Shown here: positions 40,636 to 55,165 of the stretch, one piece after another | Numbering within the stretch: position 1 is the stretch's first letter | Layout: each line of letters starts with the position of its first letter | Source of the DNA: Octopus sinensis | Lineage: Eukaryota | Length of the DNA stretch: 64,000 nucleotides | Reading direction: 5' to 3' | Assembly: GCF_006345805.1 (NCBI RefSeq) | Contig: NC_043005.1 | Span: 58,962,001-59,026,000, forward strand | Notes under the pieces: model-generated | Seen by the model: only the letters and a program-made list of their open reading frames with translations | The model's database searches: none | What the model was told of the DNA's origin: nothing | Made by a program: the position numbers and the translations under genes

Positions 40636-41272
40636 TATTGTAATCACAATATTTTGGCTAACCCAGCATTCCTATGTAATTCCATATAACAGTGTAAATA
40701 TATTGCTGATATAATAACATCATCATTACAAGTGAAGTTGAAGTTATTATGAACGAATTTGATAACTGATATCCAAACTTATGATGGATAAACATTGTGT
40801 CGGAGATGTTTGATAGCATAACATGAGATATAGCCTTTAATGAGTGTAAATATTTGAAAATAATGATATAAAGTACAAGCAACCAAACCCATCCATCCAT
40901 TCATCCATCCATCCATCCATCCATCCATCCATCCATCCATCCATCCAGACAGACAGACAGACAGACAGACAACCACACACATACGTACTCACATGCACAG
41001 AAACATGCATCTACAGTGTTCGATAGCAGTTCTCAGTATTTCACAAACATAATGCATTTAACAAGGCTCCCTAATCAACTGAAAATTTATCTGAATCACC
41101 TTTTCTATTTTGTGTCACAGTGAAATATTGGTTATTACATCCACATACTGAGCTACGAATATATACACATACAAACACATGCACACACATATATATGCAC
41201 ACACATTTATACACAAACACAAACACACACACATATACACATACATACATTCAGACAGACAGACATATATGT

Positions 41273-41435
41273 AGGCACATGTGTGGCTGTGTAGTAAGAA
41301 GTTTGCTTCCCAGCCACATGGTTCCAGGTTCAATCCCACTGTGTGTCACATTGGCCAAGTGTCTTTCACTATATCTGCAGGCTGACCAAATCCTTGTGAG
41401 TGGATTTGTTAGACTGAACCTGAAAGAAGCCTGTC

Positions 41436-41471
<36 letters not shown>

Positions 41472-42137
41472 CCTTGTGTGTGTGTTTGTCCCCCACTGTT
41501 CAACAACTTGTGTTTGTTTATGTCCATATAACTTAGTGGTTCAGCAAAAGGGACTGATAGAATAAGTAACAGGCTTCAAAAAATAATACAAAAAAGTAAC
41601 GAGGTAGATTCATTCTACTGAATGCTCTTCAAGGTGGTGCCCTAGTATGGCTGTAATCTAATGGGTGAAACAACTAAAAGGGAGATAAAAGAAGGATATA
41701 CATATATGGGAGGCTGGTGTAATTTGTTATTCTCTTTTAGTCTTTCATTTTGTTTCATTCACTTGACTGCGGTCATGCTGGAGCACTGCCCTTTAGTCGA
41801 AAAAAAAACGACCCCAGGATTTATTCTTTGTAAGCCACAAGCTTATTCTATCAGTCTCTTTTGCCGAGCTGCTAAGTTATGGGGACATAAACACAAACAT
41901 TCTAACATTGGTTGGTAAGCGATGGTGGGGGAGGGACAAACACAGATGCACACACACACACACACACACATATATGACAGGCTTCTTTCAGTTTCTGTCT
42001 ACCAAATCTACTGACAAGACTTTGGTCAGACCAGGGCTATAGTAGAAGACACTTGCCCAAGGTGCCATGCAATGGTATTGAACCCAAAACCATGCGTTTG
42101 GTAAGCAAGCTACTTACCACACATCCACTCTTGCGCC
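41273..42137. mobile_element. Inverted pair of SINE-A copies (+ 41273-41690, - 41731-42137)
   Basis: Tail-to-tail arrangement; the minus copy is flanked by a ~57-bp direct repeat. Confidence 0.85.
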
Positions 42138-42857
42138 TTTACTAAAAGAAAGATAAAAGAAGGCTATGCATATATGGGAGGGTTTTATAATTGTTAACTT
42201 GCAAAATTAATAATTTCTGATTCCTCGTTATTTTCTCACTACCTGTTTGAAACCATTACATTGCAAGCATTGCACCATCATTTTATACTGTTGCATCATC
42301 TTGGAGAGTAAAAATTGGTCTGCATAGTTGTTGCTGAAGTTGAGAAAGTTTGAGACGTAAGTCACGTGACAAATACTTTTTTTGCAAGAAATTTTTCTTC
42401 AAATTAGTTCCGTTTGTAATTAAGGTTGCTAATAAAATATCAGGATAATTGTTGGTGTTTAACAATCAATATTCTTTACTCTGTTGGATTCCAAGTCAAT
42501 TTTTTTTTCCACACTAAAGTCTAATTTGATAATTTTCAATTTGAAAAAAAAAATTGTTTAAACTGGGGCAAAGTGAGTAATGGCTAATTTCAATTTCTTC
42601 TCTTTAACTGTATGGTGTGTAAATATATCAAGCAACAAGCCACTCCTGCAGATTGTGAAGAAACTATAGAGTTTTTAAAATTTAGTTGAGTTTCATTAAT
42701 TTCATATCATCTGCCATTTATCACTGATCCTCTTTCATTCAGCTTGGATATTTAAAATTTTTGTTGCATTTCTGATTTCTTCTGCTGTCTAATGATGAAT
42801 ATTGATATTTATGAGTCTTTTTCTCGAATTTAATTTTATAGAAGTGAAAAGCCAGGC

Positions 42858-43104
42858 CTTGGTGTGTAGTAAGAAGCTTACTTCCCAGCTACATGGTCCT
42901 GGGTTCAGTCCCACTGTATGACACCTTGGGCAAGTGTCCTCTACTATAGCCTCAGGTTGACCAAAACCTTGTGAGAGGGATTTGGTAGACGGAAACTGAA
43001 AGAAGCTCATTGTATATGCTTGTATGTATATATATGTAAATATATATATTTATCATCATCATCATCATCGTCGTTTAGCGTCCGTTTTCCATGCTAGTGT
43101 GGGT

Positions 43105-43173
<69 letters not shown>

Positions 43174-43372
43174 CTGTGTTTGTCCCCACACCATCACTTG
43201 AAAACCGATGTTGGTATGTTTTTGTTCCAGTAACTTAGCAGTTCAGCAAGAGACCAATAGAATAAGTACTAGGTTTATAAAGAATAAGTCCTGGGGTCGA
43301 TTTGTTTGACTAGAGGAGATGCTCCAGCATGGTCGCAGTCAGATGACTGAAACAAATAAAAGAATAAAAGAG
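42858..43372 (+). mobile_element. SINE-A copy with tail-only ATG-element insert (43052-43105)
   Basis: Family A head, core and tail present. Confidence 0.8.
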
Positions 43373-43385
43373 CTAATTTTACCTT

Positions 43386-44628
43386 AATAATAATAATAAT
43401 AATAATAATTGTGTACAGTGCTCAGGTGCACTACAACTCATCTAAAGTGTATATATAATCAGGTGTAGTTTCGGCGGATTTCGGAAAGCATGAGGGCCTT
43501 AAAAGATGCAGTGTCATGGCAGTCAACAACTGACGCAGGCAGTTTATTCCATGCTTCAGCAACTCTGAGCGTGAAAAAATGTTTCCGAAAGTCATGGGAG
43601 CTGTATTGTTTTCTGACTTTGTAGGCATGTCCACGTGTGTTAGACACATGGAGATCAAAAAGGTGTTCAGTGTTGTTGTTGGTGAGGTGGTTGATAACTT
43701 TGTGGGTGTTTACCAAGTCCGTCGCCAAACGCCGGAGCTTCAGTGAATCCATGCCCAGGGAAACAAGGCGCTCAGAATATGGTAGGTGTCTGATGGAGGG
43801 TATGCGTTTGGTTGCACGTCTCTGGACAGATTCCAGGAGGTCAATGTTCTGTGCAAGATAGGGGTTCCAAACTGATGATGCGAATTCCAAGTGTGGTCGT
43901 ACCATAGCTGTATACAGTTTTAAATAGATGGCTGGAGAGTGGCTAACAAAAGACCTGCTGAGTGATGCCAAGACACCCTCGGCCTTCCTGACAATCTTAG
44001 AGATATGCTTTGACCAACGCAAATCACTGCTGACAGTGATGCCTAGGTCACGCTCGCAAGAGGATTTCTTGATATCAGTGTTGTGGAGGGAGTATGTGAA
44101 CGCAGGGTTTTTTCTCCCAAAATGCATGGCGGTACACTTGTCCACAGCCAGTTTCAGTTGCCAGTCTGTGATCCATTGCTGCATTGTGTCTAGGTCTGAT
44201 TGCAGGAAAGAGTTGTAGACATCAGGATCTGTCCTCTTGATTTCAAGGTACAGCTTGATGTCGTCTGCATATTTCAATACTGTGGCATTCTTTAAATTGG
44301 CATCTATGTCGTTAATGTATGCCACAAACAAGAGGGGACCAAGGACAGATCCCTGTGGTACACCCGATGACATCTCATATGGTGTAGAGTGCTGTCCTAG
44401 AACTGTGACTACCTCCTTTCGGCTGAAGATGAAGGATTTCAACCAGTTAAAAAGGTCATCCCCCACACCCATTGCAGAGAGTTTCACCATAAGCCTTTTG
44501 TGTGGCACAGAGTTGAAAGCCTTAGCAAAGTCAAGGTAGACAACATCCACCCATGAGCCACTGTCAGTAATCTGAGTAATGTCCTCAAGGAACTCGACAA
44601 GCTGGTCACTGCAGCTGGAGTTAGGGAC
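43386..44628 (-). mobile_element. Young 5'-truncated CR1/L2-clade LINE with uninterrupted RT frame
   Basis: Open frame from ~44628 to the stop at 43459: VDVVYLDFAKAFNSVPH, GVPQGSVLGPLLF, KYADD, VRPHLEFASSVWNP, LESVQRRATK. (ATT)n tail at 43386-43410. Confidence 0.95.
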
Positions 44629-44764
44629 CTTCTCTTGTCTTACTCATTTTCCCCCAGCTAAATTTGTCTTTGACATGCTCAAAGAGAACAGTAATAATCT
44701 TCTGAAACAGTGTTTTGAATATGTTATAGTGTTTTGGCTGATGCTGGTATCACATAACTGGCAC

Positions 44765-45123
44765 CCATGCTGGTGGCATGTAAAAAGCACCTTTTGAGCA
44801 TTGAGCCTCATGGAGGCAAAGTGGCTGAGCTTCTTTTCGAGTGTTGGGCCTCATGGAAGCAATGACCAAGAACTTTGGCATTATGTTGTGCTTGAGAAAA
44901 AGACCAGACCCATCAAGCCAAGCAAAATCACAGTTGTGGCAGATACCAGTGTCACACAAATTGCACCCATTACTCTCAGAGTGGTTGGCATTAGGAAGGG
45001 CATCCAGCCATAGAAACTATGCTAAATCTGAGTGAGAGTTTGGTACAGCCTTCCAGCTTGCCAACCTCAGTCAAATCTTCCAAGCCATGCAAACATCGAC
45101 TACGGACATTATGTGATGATGAT
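44765..45123 (+). mobile_element. (ATG)n-tailed element, variant with a different 5' module
   Basis: gtggcatgtaaaaagcacc start, distinct middle, gagtggttggcattaggaagggcatccag, gatgatgat tail. Confidence 0.7.
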
Positions 45124-45790
45124 TGAAAAAGGTCAATTACTTAGCTGATTACATATATAAATATAGATATGTAGGACCTTAATCACTTCTCTAATGTGAT
45201 TATGTTATGTTGTCATTGGTATTACAAAACTTTATGTTCTGACCTAGCTAATTAAACATTTCTGTTCCTATATACTTCTTTGCTATTATATTTCCCCTTT
45301 TATATTTGTCTTCTTAACTGTTATATTTACCTCCATTTAGGGATAATTTTCATCTTTAACCCCCAGCCTCACTTTTTTTCCACCTTTCCTCCATCTCTTA
45401 CCAGCATCCTTCTACGTTAACTAACTCTCTCACCGTTATAGCTGATCTTTATGCTCCACACGACAGACACACTTTACAAAACTCATTTTTGTACGTTGTT
45501 GGTGTTTTGTTTTGTGATTATTTTTTATCTTTTTATCTCTCCTTGATCTGCTTTGGTTTGGGTAATCAACGACAATACTTGACTGACAGTTTATTTTATA
45601 GATCCTAGATGAATGAGAGCAAAGTTGATGTTGGTGGGATTTGAACTAAGAATCTAAAGAGCTGGAAGTTCTTTTACTGAAGTTCTAATGATTCTGCCAA
45701 GCAATCACATTAATGTATAGTGCATTAAATAAACTAGAAGCAGTAGTTATAGATTTTTATCAAATCATCAGTAAAGGGCCGTGATTATGT

Positions 45791-46192
45791 CTTTTATCTT
45801 TACTTGTTTCAGTTATTAGACTGCAGCCATGCTGGAGCACTGCCTTGAAAACCTTTTAGCCAAATAAATCAATCCCAGAACTTTTTTTAATCCTGGTATT
45901 TATTGTATAAATTCTTTTGCCAAACTGCTGAGTTACAGGGATGTAAACACACCAACACCAGTTGTCAAGTGTTGGTCAGGGACAAGCACAGACACAAAAA
46001 AAACAGACACACAGACACACATACACATGCACACACACACACACACACATGATATGCTTCTTTTCAGTTTCCGTCTACCAAACCCATTCACAAGGTTTTG
46101 ACCAACCCAAGACACTTACCCAAGGTGCCATGCAGTGAGATTGAACCTAGAACCATGTGGTTGAGAAGCAATCTTCTTACCACACAGTAATG
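45791..46192 (-). mobile_element. SINE-A copy
   Basis: Reverse complement of family A. Confidence 0.75.
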
Positions 46193-46907
46193 CCAGCACT
46201 GATGTATTGCTGAAAATTTCATGGGCAAGCCTGAAGAACTGTTGAACATACATACATACATACATTTAAAGCCCAAGGTTAAAGTCCTAGGGCTTCAAAT
46301 GCCCCAAAACTATGTTGATTCTGGTTTCCATGGCTGAAGGAAAGGAATTTCAGAACTGTTGCTCTCAGACCATGAGAGATTACCATAATTAATTTTCACA
46401 CTTAGTTTCACCCTAGAATAAATGGCTTCTACTGTTTCATTAATTTCTGAAGAACTGTAATGACAACGTATCTGTGAAATTGATAGAGTATATCTACAGA
46501 GAATTGCCATTGTTATGTAGCCTCAGGTTACACATATCATCTCGGATTCTAGCTCTTTCTATTATTTTTATCTGCTGCTGTGTTTCTGGGACCACATTAT
46601 CCAATGTTTTCTTCTTGTCACTGCTTGAGTTAACAACATATGGATGATCGCTGGCTGCTTCAGTTTTTGCAAGGTTTTTGATAAAATAGTATTTTTACCT
46701 ATTATCTTCATCCACACCAAATGTGTATGTAGTATGTATGTTTTTGCTGTTGTTCTTCTTGTTTTTCTTGTTCTTGTTCTTTTTCTCCTCCTCCTCCTCC
46801 TCCTCCTCCTTTGTAGCAGTTGCAGTAGTGGTAGTGGTAGTAGTAGTAGTATTAGTGGTAGTGGTGGTGGTGGGATTATTATTATTATTAGTAGTAGTAG
46901 TTGTAGT

Positions 46908-47125
46908 AAAGTGGCAAGCTAGTGGAATAGTTGCATGCCAGACAAAATGCTCAGCGGAATGTCTTCTGGCTTTGCGCTGTTGGTTCTAATTCTGCTGAGG
47001 TCAACTCTGCCTTTCATCCTTTTGGGGGTCAATAAAATAAATACCGGTCAAGTACTGGAGTTGATGTAAATGATTAGTCCAACCCCACTTAAAAATTTCA
47101 GGCCTTGTGCCTAAAGTTGGAAAAG
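46908..47125 (+). mobile_element. SINE-B copy
   Basis: gaggtcaactctgcctttcatcctttttgggggtcaataaaataaatacc domain. Confidence 0.7.
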
Positions 47126-47703
47126 ATCGATAATATTAATATGCTGACTTTTTGTTTTTGTACATACCTGTTGTGTGCATCACATTTACTTCTTTGAAGT
47201 GGCAAAGCGAGAGAAAGGAGGAGAGAGAGGAAGTAGGAGAGAAAGAAGAGATGGAGTGAGAGAGTGTGAGAGAGAGTGAGAGAGAAAATGAGAGAGAGAG
47301 AGAGAAAGAGAGAGAGTGAAAGAGACGTCAGTGGTGATGGCATTCATTTTATACTTTCAAATGTTTCAGAGAAGAAGTAAAAGAGAAAGATAGTGAGAGA
47401 AAAAGTGAGAGAGAATGAGAGAGAGAATGAAAGAGACAGTGAGTGGTGACGGTGTTCGTTTAGTGTTTTTTAAATGTTTATCACATCGCAAGAGAACTAG
47501 ATACATAGATACATATACACATTGTTTAATCAAAAGCAGGAGAGAAGAGGGACACAAAGGAAGAGAAAGTGAGAGAGACAATTCATACATAGATACATAG
47601 ACACAGCTAATATTGGCTGTCAGTTTCACTTTTCATTATCACACGAGAATAAAATTAACTCACAAATGGCTGAGTACTCCACAGCTACAACAAGATATAT
47701 ATG

Positions 47704-47766
<63 letters not shown>

Positions 47767-48765
47767 CATATATATATAAAACATGCTCAAGTGGAAATAT
47801 ATATGAAAGAAGGTTTGAAAATGCAATTTCAAAAGATGTTTATTCACTTGACCGGTTTCACTTTTTTAGAAAAAGATTGTCAAAAGTAAAATGTAAAGCT
47901 TTGTAAAAGCTTTGTTGTGTTAAGTACTAGTTGTCACCAAATATTACAATGCATATATACATTCTTTGATAATAATAAGAAAATGCTAAAAACAGTTTAC
48001 AACGAAAAATCTTGAGAAAATATTAAAAAGTTCATTAAAATTATTAGGATTTCATTAAAAATCATATTTGTTTGGAAGTATCTATATATATACACAGAAA
48101 ATTATAAGTTCAAAAGAGGTCATTTTTGGTAGTATATATATACACAGACAGAGATATATTTAGGAGTTTACAAAAAATTTGAGATGAACTGACCTGTTTT
48201 AGCATTTTTTAAATTTTCTGTGAAGCTAAAGGCTGTTTACTATTTTAAGGGACAGTGTGTGAGGTTGGTTTCCATGGGGGGAAGGAAGAGCAATGTGGAA
48301 TTGAAAGGATTTTTTTATTTCTCTTTCATGGTTGGTCTTTCATGGCTAGTCTTTCACGGTTCAGTGGTTTTGGGGACTGGTCTTAGAGGTCAGAATGGTG
48401 TGAGTGTGTGTGTATATACATGTGTTTGTGTTTGTGTGTGGGTCGTTTTTGATTGGTCCCAGGGTTTATTGTGGTGTATGTAAATGTGTCTGTGTGTGTT
48501 TAATATTTGGTAGTATGGTGTGTGTATATGTGTGCACATTTGTGTGTGTGTGTATATGTGTGATTAATATTTGTTAGGGTGTTGTGTGTGCGCAAGTGTG
48601 TGTATATGTTTGCTCACATATGTGTTGACCTCGGAAGAATTTGAACTTAGAATGTAAAGACAGACGGTCATAATATGCAAACATTTCTCATGGCACCAGT
48701 ACACTGTTTATAGGTGCTTACATTTTTTATGTTTTTCCATGAATTTTTCATGCGCCCAGCTAGTT

Positions 48766-49252
48766 ATTATTATTGAGTGAGAGAGCATTACAAGCCATCA
48801 AAGTGATACTGAGGTACAAATATATGAAGTCCGATATACCAGTCATGACTACCTGTCTGGTAAAGGTACATTAGGCACATGCGTCACAACCATGGTGACC
48901 TTATATCAACACAAGCAGCATGTGTTCTTGCAGATGGAGCCCATTTAGAATTTTCTTCTGCTCAAGTAGCCCTTCCCACTCAAAAGGTCCCTGAGTAAGG
49001 TTTGTTTAAGGATGATGAATGAATCACTAATGTTTCAAGAAGTGAATTATCCAAACTTCAAAGAATTCCTCTCAACACCTTGCTCTGATGCTCTCCCACT
49101 ACTTCTGCTCATGATCAGAGATGCACATATCATCAGCTACTAAGGGACATGCTCAACTGGTTAAGGTCAAGTAACTGCCAAGAAAATCTGTGGTATTGAG
49201 CAAAATATTTACTGCAGTCCATTATTTTATACCAGACAAATTATTATTATTA

Positions 49253-49313
<61 letters not shown>

Positions 49314-49535
49314 GTTGTTGTTGTTGTTGAGTGAGAGAGCAGTGCATGCCATCAAAGTGACACTGGGCTAAAATATACAAAGCCCAGTATACCCATCATG
49401 ACTACCTGTCTGATAAGGGTACACTAGGCACATGCATCACAACCATATGTGCGTGACATGGTGATCTCATATCACGATAAACAGCGCATGACCTTACAGG
49501 TGGGTCCCAGTTAGAATTCTTTTCTGGTATTATTA

Positions 49536-49569
<34 letters not shown>

Positions 49570-50000
49570 CATCATTATTATTATTATTATTATTATTATC
49601 ATCATCATTCAATGAGAGAGCAATGAATGCTATCAAAGTGAAACAGGGGTACATGTATATGAAGCCCATTGTGACTGCCTGTCTGATAAGGGTACACCAG
49701 CCACATGCTTGACAACCACAGGTGTGTAACATGGTGATCTCATATCAAGATAAACAGTGCATGACCTTGCATTATGAATTTTCTTCAGGTCAAGTAGCTG
49801 ATCCCACTCAATGGGTCCCTGACTAAGGATGATGAATGAAACATCCACATTTTCAAGAGTGAATTATTCAAATCCCAACGAATTTCTTTCAACACATGGT
49901 TATGATGCTTCTCCACTACCCCTCCTTGTGATCTGATTTGTGCAAATCTTTGGTATTAAGCAGAATATTTGCTGTAGCCCTTCTTTTACATGAAATGTAT
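48766..50000 (-). mobile_element. Three tandem 3'-end copies of an (AAT)n-tailed retroelement
   Basis: (ATT)n..gagtgagagagca..gccatcaaagtga..catgactacctgtctgataagggtac recurs near 48770, 49330 and 49610; clade not identified. Confidence 0.7.
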
Positions 50001-50068
50001 TATCATATGCGTATATTATAACATTTCCAATCAGTTTAAATCAGAATATGTCAATCTATCTATCTATC

Positions 50069-50119
<51 letters not shown>

Positions 50120-51153
50120 ATATATATATATAGAGAGAGAGAGAGAGTAGAGAGAGCTTCCACACAGTTTTTATCTACCAAATTCAATTACAAATCATTT
50201 GCCTGCATAGGGTTATAATAGGAAACACTTGCCCAAGGTGCCAAAGTGTGGGACTGAACCTAATATCAGAAGGTTACAAAGAGCCTTTTTAACCACACAG
50301 CCTATTATTTTTATTATTATTATCATCATCATCATCATCATCATAATCATTATTATTATTAGTTATCATTATTATTATTATTATTATCATTATTATTATT
50401 ATTATATTATTATTATTATATTATTATTATCATCATCATCATCATTATCATCATTATTATTATTATTATTTTTATTATTTTAGTTTGTTTGTTTTTTGTC
50501 TTTTTATGCCACCCATTAAATCTTATAAATAAAAGATGCATGAAAAACTGAATCTTGTTGCCTTTATTGCTAGGCAACATACACTCATGCATCCTCCCCC
50601 ATGTAATATATTCTCACAATAAACCTGATGTTGTTAAAAACAAAAATAATAAAAAAATATACAAAAATCGAAAGAAACAAAAAAGACACTGCTAGGAAAT
50701 AAAATATAACGTTTAAAAATAGATAAATAATCTCACACAAATTTAAAACAAAACATGCACAAAACCAAAAAGAAAAAAACAAACAAACAAACAAACAGAT
50801 AAAACATAATAAAATGAGAGAAGATTTTTCTGAAGATTGTTTGATTGTCTGAAAATCTTAGTAAATCCCTCTGTTCATTTCATAAAACACAGGCTGTATT
50901 GACACAAGTGTTGTTGAATCATAAGAGAGAAACCATAATTATCTCTTACTTAAACATTCATGTATAAGCGAGTGACAAAACAAAAACCAAACGCAGTGAA
51001 AAAACATAAAAATATATCTATGTACACACATAAGAATACACAAATATGCACACATACAGATACACATGCCAACATGTATATAAAAATGTGTGTGTGTGTG
51101 TATATATACATGCATATATATATATATATATGTGTGTGTATGTATATACAGAT

Positions 51154-51199
<46 letters not shown>

Positions 51200-51585
51200 A
51201 TATATATATATACACATGCATACATATATGTACATATACATATTATAAAATACACAAACGCATATATATATACACACATATATATATGTGTATGTATATA
51301 TAGAGAGAGACATTTGTATATCTATCTATGTATCTATCTATATATATATATATCCACACACACATATAGATATGTATATATGAACACACACACACACACG
51401 CACATGTGTGTGTGTATATATGAATATACATACATAGATAAATACATGTGTAATTATGTATATATGTACATATATGTTTATATACTTTATATACCTCCAT
51501 ACATACAAGTATGCACACACATACATATATATCTATATATCTATGTATCGCTCTTTCCTGCTCTACACACACACACGTACACACA

Positions 51586-51659
<74 letters not shown>

Positions 51660-52719
51660 TTATATAGCAGAGTAAATGAAAAAGAAAAAAATGTATAAAA
51701 ATGCATAAGTGTGTACACATTACATAACAAAGAGTGATTTTATTGTTGTAGTACCATTAACATACATTGCACTCATTTACATACAAGCATACCTACATAT
51801 ACATACATACAAACATACATAAATACATACAAAGAAACATACATAAATACATACAACGTACATACACACATTCACAGACATTGCATATATTCACATTCAC
51901 ACACAAGCATACATACACGTACTCATGTTTGCACTGGTGTTTTTGCTTTATTTTCTGTAATTTTTGAATCAAATACAATGCATAACTATTTTATAAGCAT
52001 CGCCAAGTAAATACTTAGATTGCCAAAAAGTAAAAGAAATAAAATTAGATGAAGATAATTAAAGACATAAATTGAAGCACGATCAGCTGCTAAAGCAAAC
52101 ATAAACCAACCTCTCAATATATCATAAAATTTGAGAAACTGCTGAATGAGATGTACTTTAAAATTAAAAAACCTCTTATATGGTTTTCTTAAAAGAGTGC
52201 TAGGATTTAATGATTAAATAAAATAGTTTGAACTAGATGCTAAATTAGTTTCAGGAACAATATATGTTTACTGTGGCTCAGCTATAAAGATAGCAAGAAG
52301 ATATATTATTACTGCTTGTAATGTTTGTGCTTAAATGTTACACTTAAATCTGTGTACAAGGCAAATGATAGGAGACGGGGAGAAACAAAGTCAGGAAGAG
52401 ACAGAGGGAGATAGAGGGAGAGAGAGAGAAATAGATAGAGAGAGGGAGAAAATAAACAATGTCTGTGTATACATGCATACATACACAGATACAGACTACT
52501 TCCCCAAAATATGGGCTCAGTCTCATTGCGTGGAAACTTGAGCAAGTGTCTTCTACTACTGTCTCAGGCCTTGAGAGTGAATTTGGTAGATGGAAGCTGA
52601 AAGAAACCTGTTATATATATATATATATATGATAATAATAAATTGAGGGAATAGTATTCCAAACTTACAGGGAAAAATTCAATTTAGAAATACTAAATCA
52701 AATTTCCCAAAATATAATA

Positions 52720-53039
52720 TATATATAAATTTGAAAAGAAACACCTTTTATCAATTCAAAATGAAAAATTAAATTACACCATCTAGAAAATTACGTATAA
52801 TAGAAATATTAAATATAAGATAAAAAATAATATACCGATAATTAAGTAATGTGCAAAATAATAAATAAAACATATATATTGGGTATATATAAGTTTTATC
52901 TATTATTTTGCACATTACTTAATCATTGGTATATCATTTTTTATCCTAAATTTAATATTTCTATTATATGTAATTTTCTAGATGGTTGTAATTAATTTTT
53001 CATTTTGAATTGATAAAAGGTGTTTTTTTCTAATTTGTA

Positions 53040-53044
<5 letters not shown>
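52720..53044. repeat. ~325-bp near-perfect AT-rich palindrome (foldback)
   Basis: Arm 52733-52871 is the reverse complement of 52893-53030 at about 90% identity; the centre is atatata-ttggg-tatatat. Confidence 0.9.
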
Positions 53045-53096
<52 letters not shown>

Positions 53097-53455
53097 TATA
53101 TATACATACATATATATATATATACATATACTTATATATATACATATACTCAACAAAGACAATATGTGTACACAACGAAGACAAATATAGATATATTAAA
53201 TACTATACAGCATAAACCCTAACTTTATTTAAATTATCTTCACTTCCAGAAATAATCAAAGATAATCTTATGAACTTCAATTCTCGATAGTTGACAAGCT
53301 GCTGAAGAATAGACTACTTGTTTATCTAAAGATAAGAGCTGTGAACATCTGTTTGTGCCTTAATAGATGCTACCACTGCCGCATTTTCACTATCTTCTCT
53401 CCACCAGGATTCACTTATGCATATACAAAAAAGAATAGAACACATTTTTAGCCTA

Positions 53456-53716
53456 CTAGCAGTATCGCTTGGCGTTGCGGTTTGTTTAGACCCTTTAGAA
53501 TTGGAATTTTTGAAAAGTAAAAATTTGGCAGTATGTAGCTTGTTATTCTCTTTAAGTGAAATACACCAAAAAATGGCGATCAAGCAGTCAAAACATCGTA
53601 AAAAATAGGGATTTTCAAAGGAAAAGGCACCTTTTTGATGTAAATAATTTTTGGTGTTAACATGGTCCGATTTGAATTTTTTCTTCTACGGAAGGAAGAG
53701 TTAGCCTTCTTCTATC
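53456..53716 (-). mobile_element. Helitron-family element, 3' portion
   Basis: Minus strand ends gcaacgccaagcgatactgCTAG^T, nearly identical to the 3' end at 7876-7900; 5' side lost in (AT)n. Confidence 0.7.
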
Positions 53717-54840
53717 ATACTCTCATATATATATATGTATATATATATATACATACATATATATGATGATATATATATATATATACATATATATATGATG
53801 ATATATATATATATATATATTTTAATACGAAAAAACCCTCCAGGCTACATTCTGAAAATTCATTTCTTTGCCGAATTTCTACGGCGATTCATTTTTATAT
53901 CTTGATTTTTTTTATTTTTCATGCAATTTACGCATGTTTGCACACATGGTGAACACAGTTCCCGTCAAACAGCTGACTGAGTAAAGTTCACTATTCAGTG
54001 CATGGGATAAGGCCTAAACAAACACATTATCAATTTTTGCACTTGCTAGATGAATTTCGGAACAGAAATATCGCAGTTCAATTTTCATTCGCCTAAACTT
54101 TAAGTGACCCATTTTTGGTGGTTCTACGATTTGTTGGCTAGGAGGAGATGTGTCGGGAAGCTAAACACACAGACACACACACAGATACACACACCACACA
54201 CACACACAAATTGAGTTTTATATATATATAGATATAATTTTGAATCTTCCTAAATGAAATGAAAACGAGCCAAGAGAAATAATTCATAGTAATCAATTCT
54301 TGTCTTTGAACATCAAAGACAATTAAGAGAATATTAAATACCAATAGATCATAAATGTGTGGTGCATTAAAATTATCACGTCTTCAAGAGAAGGTATAAC
54401 AATTGCATCATAGCAACTGGGTGTGTAAAACAAGTCTGGGCTCTTGTGTTATAGAAAAATTTCAAGGTGTCCAAATCAAACTAAATCTGGAACCTTCATA
54501 ACTTCTATTTGAACTCATGAACCATACAACCATAGTTGTGCCTTTGTATAGACCAGTAATTTGTATATAGAATTGTATAAATGTGTAGGATAGTCTGCAT
54601 GAAATATTTCTTATGTATATAAATGTTTTTAATTTATTTTCTAATGCCAAAGCAATTTAAGTTACAAGACATTGTACAAAGTAAAAGTACAAAGAATTGA
54701 CATATTTTGTTATAACTTGCATTGTTTTGCTTTCAAAAAACAACAAAAAAAAAGAAAAGAAAATTAAAAGCATTAATATGTACAGCCATTTACATATACC
54801 TCTTATTTAGCAATCCTTTTGTGGAATTGTTAGCAATGCT

Positions 54841-55165
54841 AATCATCATCATCGTTTAATGTCCGTTTTCCATGCTAGCATGGGTCGGATGGTTTAACCA
54901 GAGTCGGGGAAGCCAGGAGGTTGCCTGCACCAGGTTCCAGTCTGATCTGGCAGTGTTTCTACAGCTGGATGCCCTTCCTAACACCAACCACTCCATGAGT
55001 GTAGTGGATGCTTTTTATGTACCACCTGCACAGAGGCCAGAGGAGGCTGGCAATGGCCACAATATTTTGGTGCTTTTTACATGCCACTGGCACGGAATCC
55101 AGTCAGTAGCAGTGCTGGCATCGGCCACGTTCGGATGGTGCTTTTTACATGCCACCGGCACGTAA
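54841..55165 (-). mobile_element. (ATG)n-tailed element with three 5' monomer heads
   Basis: Closely related to the 37600 copy; gtggcatgtaaaaagcacc heads repeated. Confidence 0.85.
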
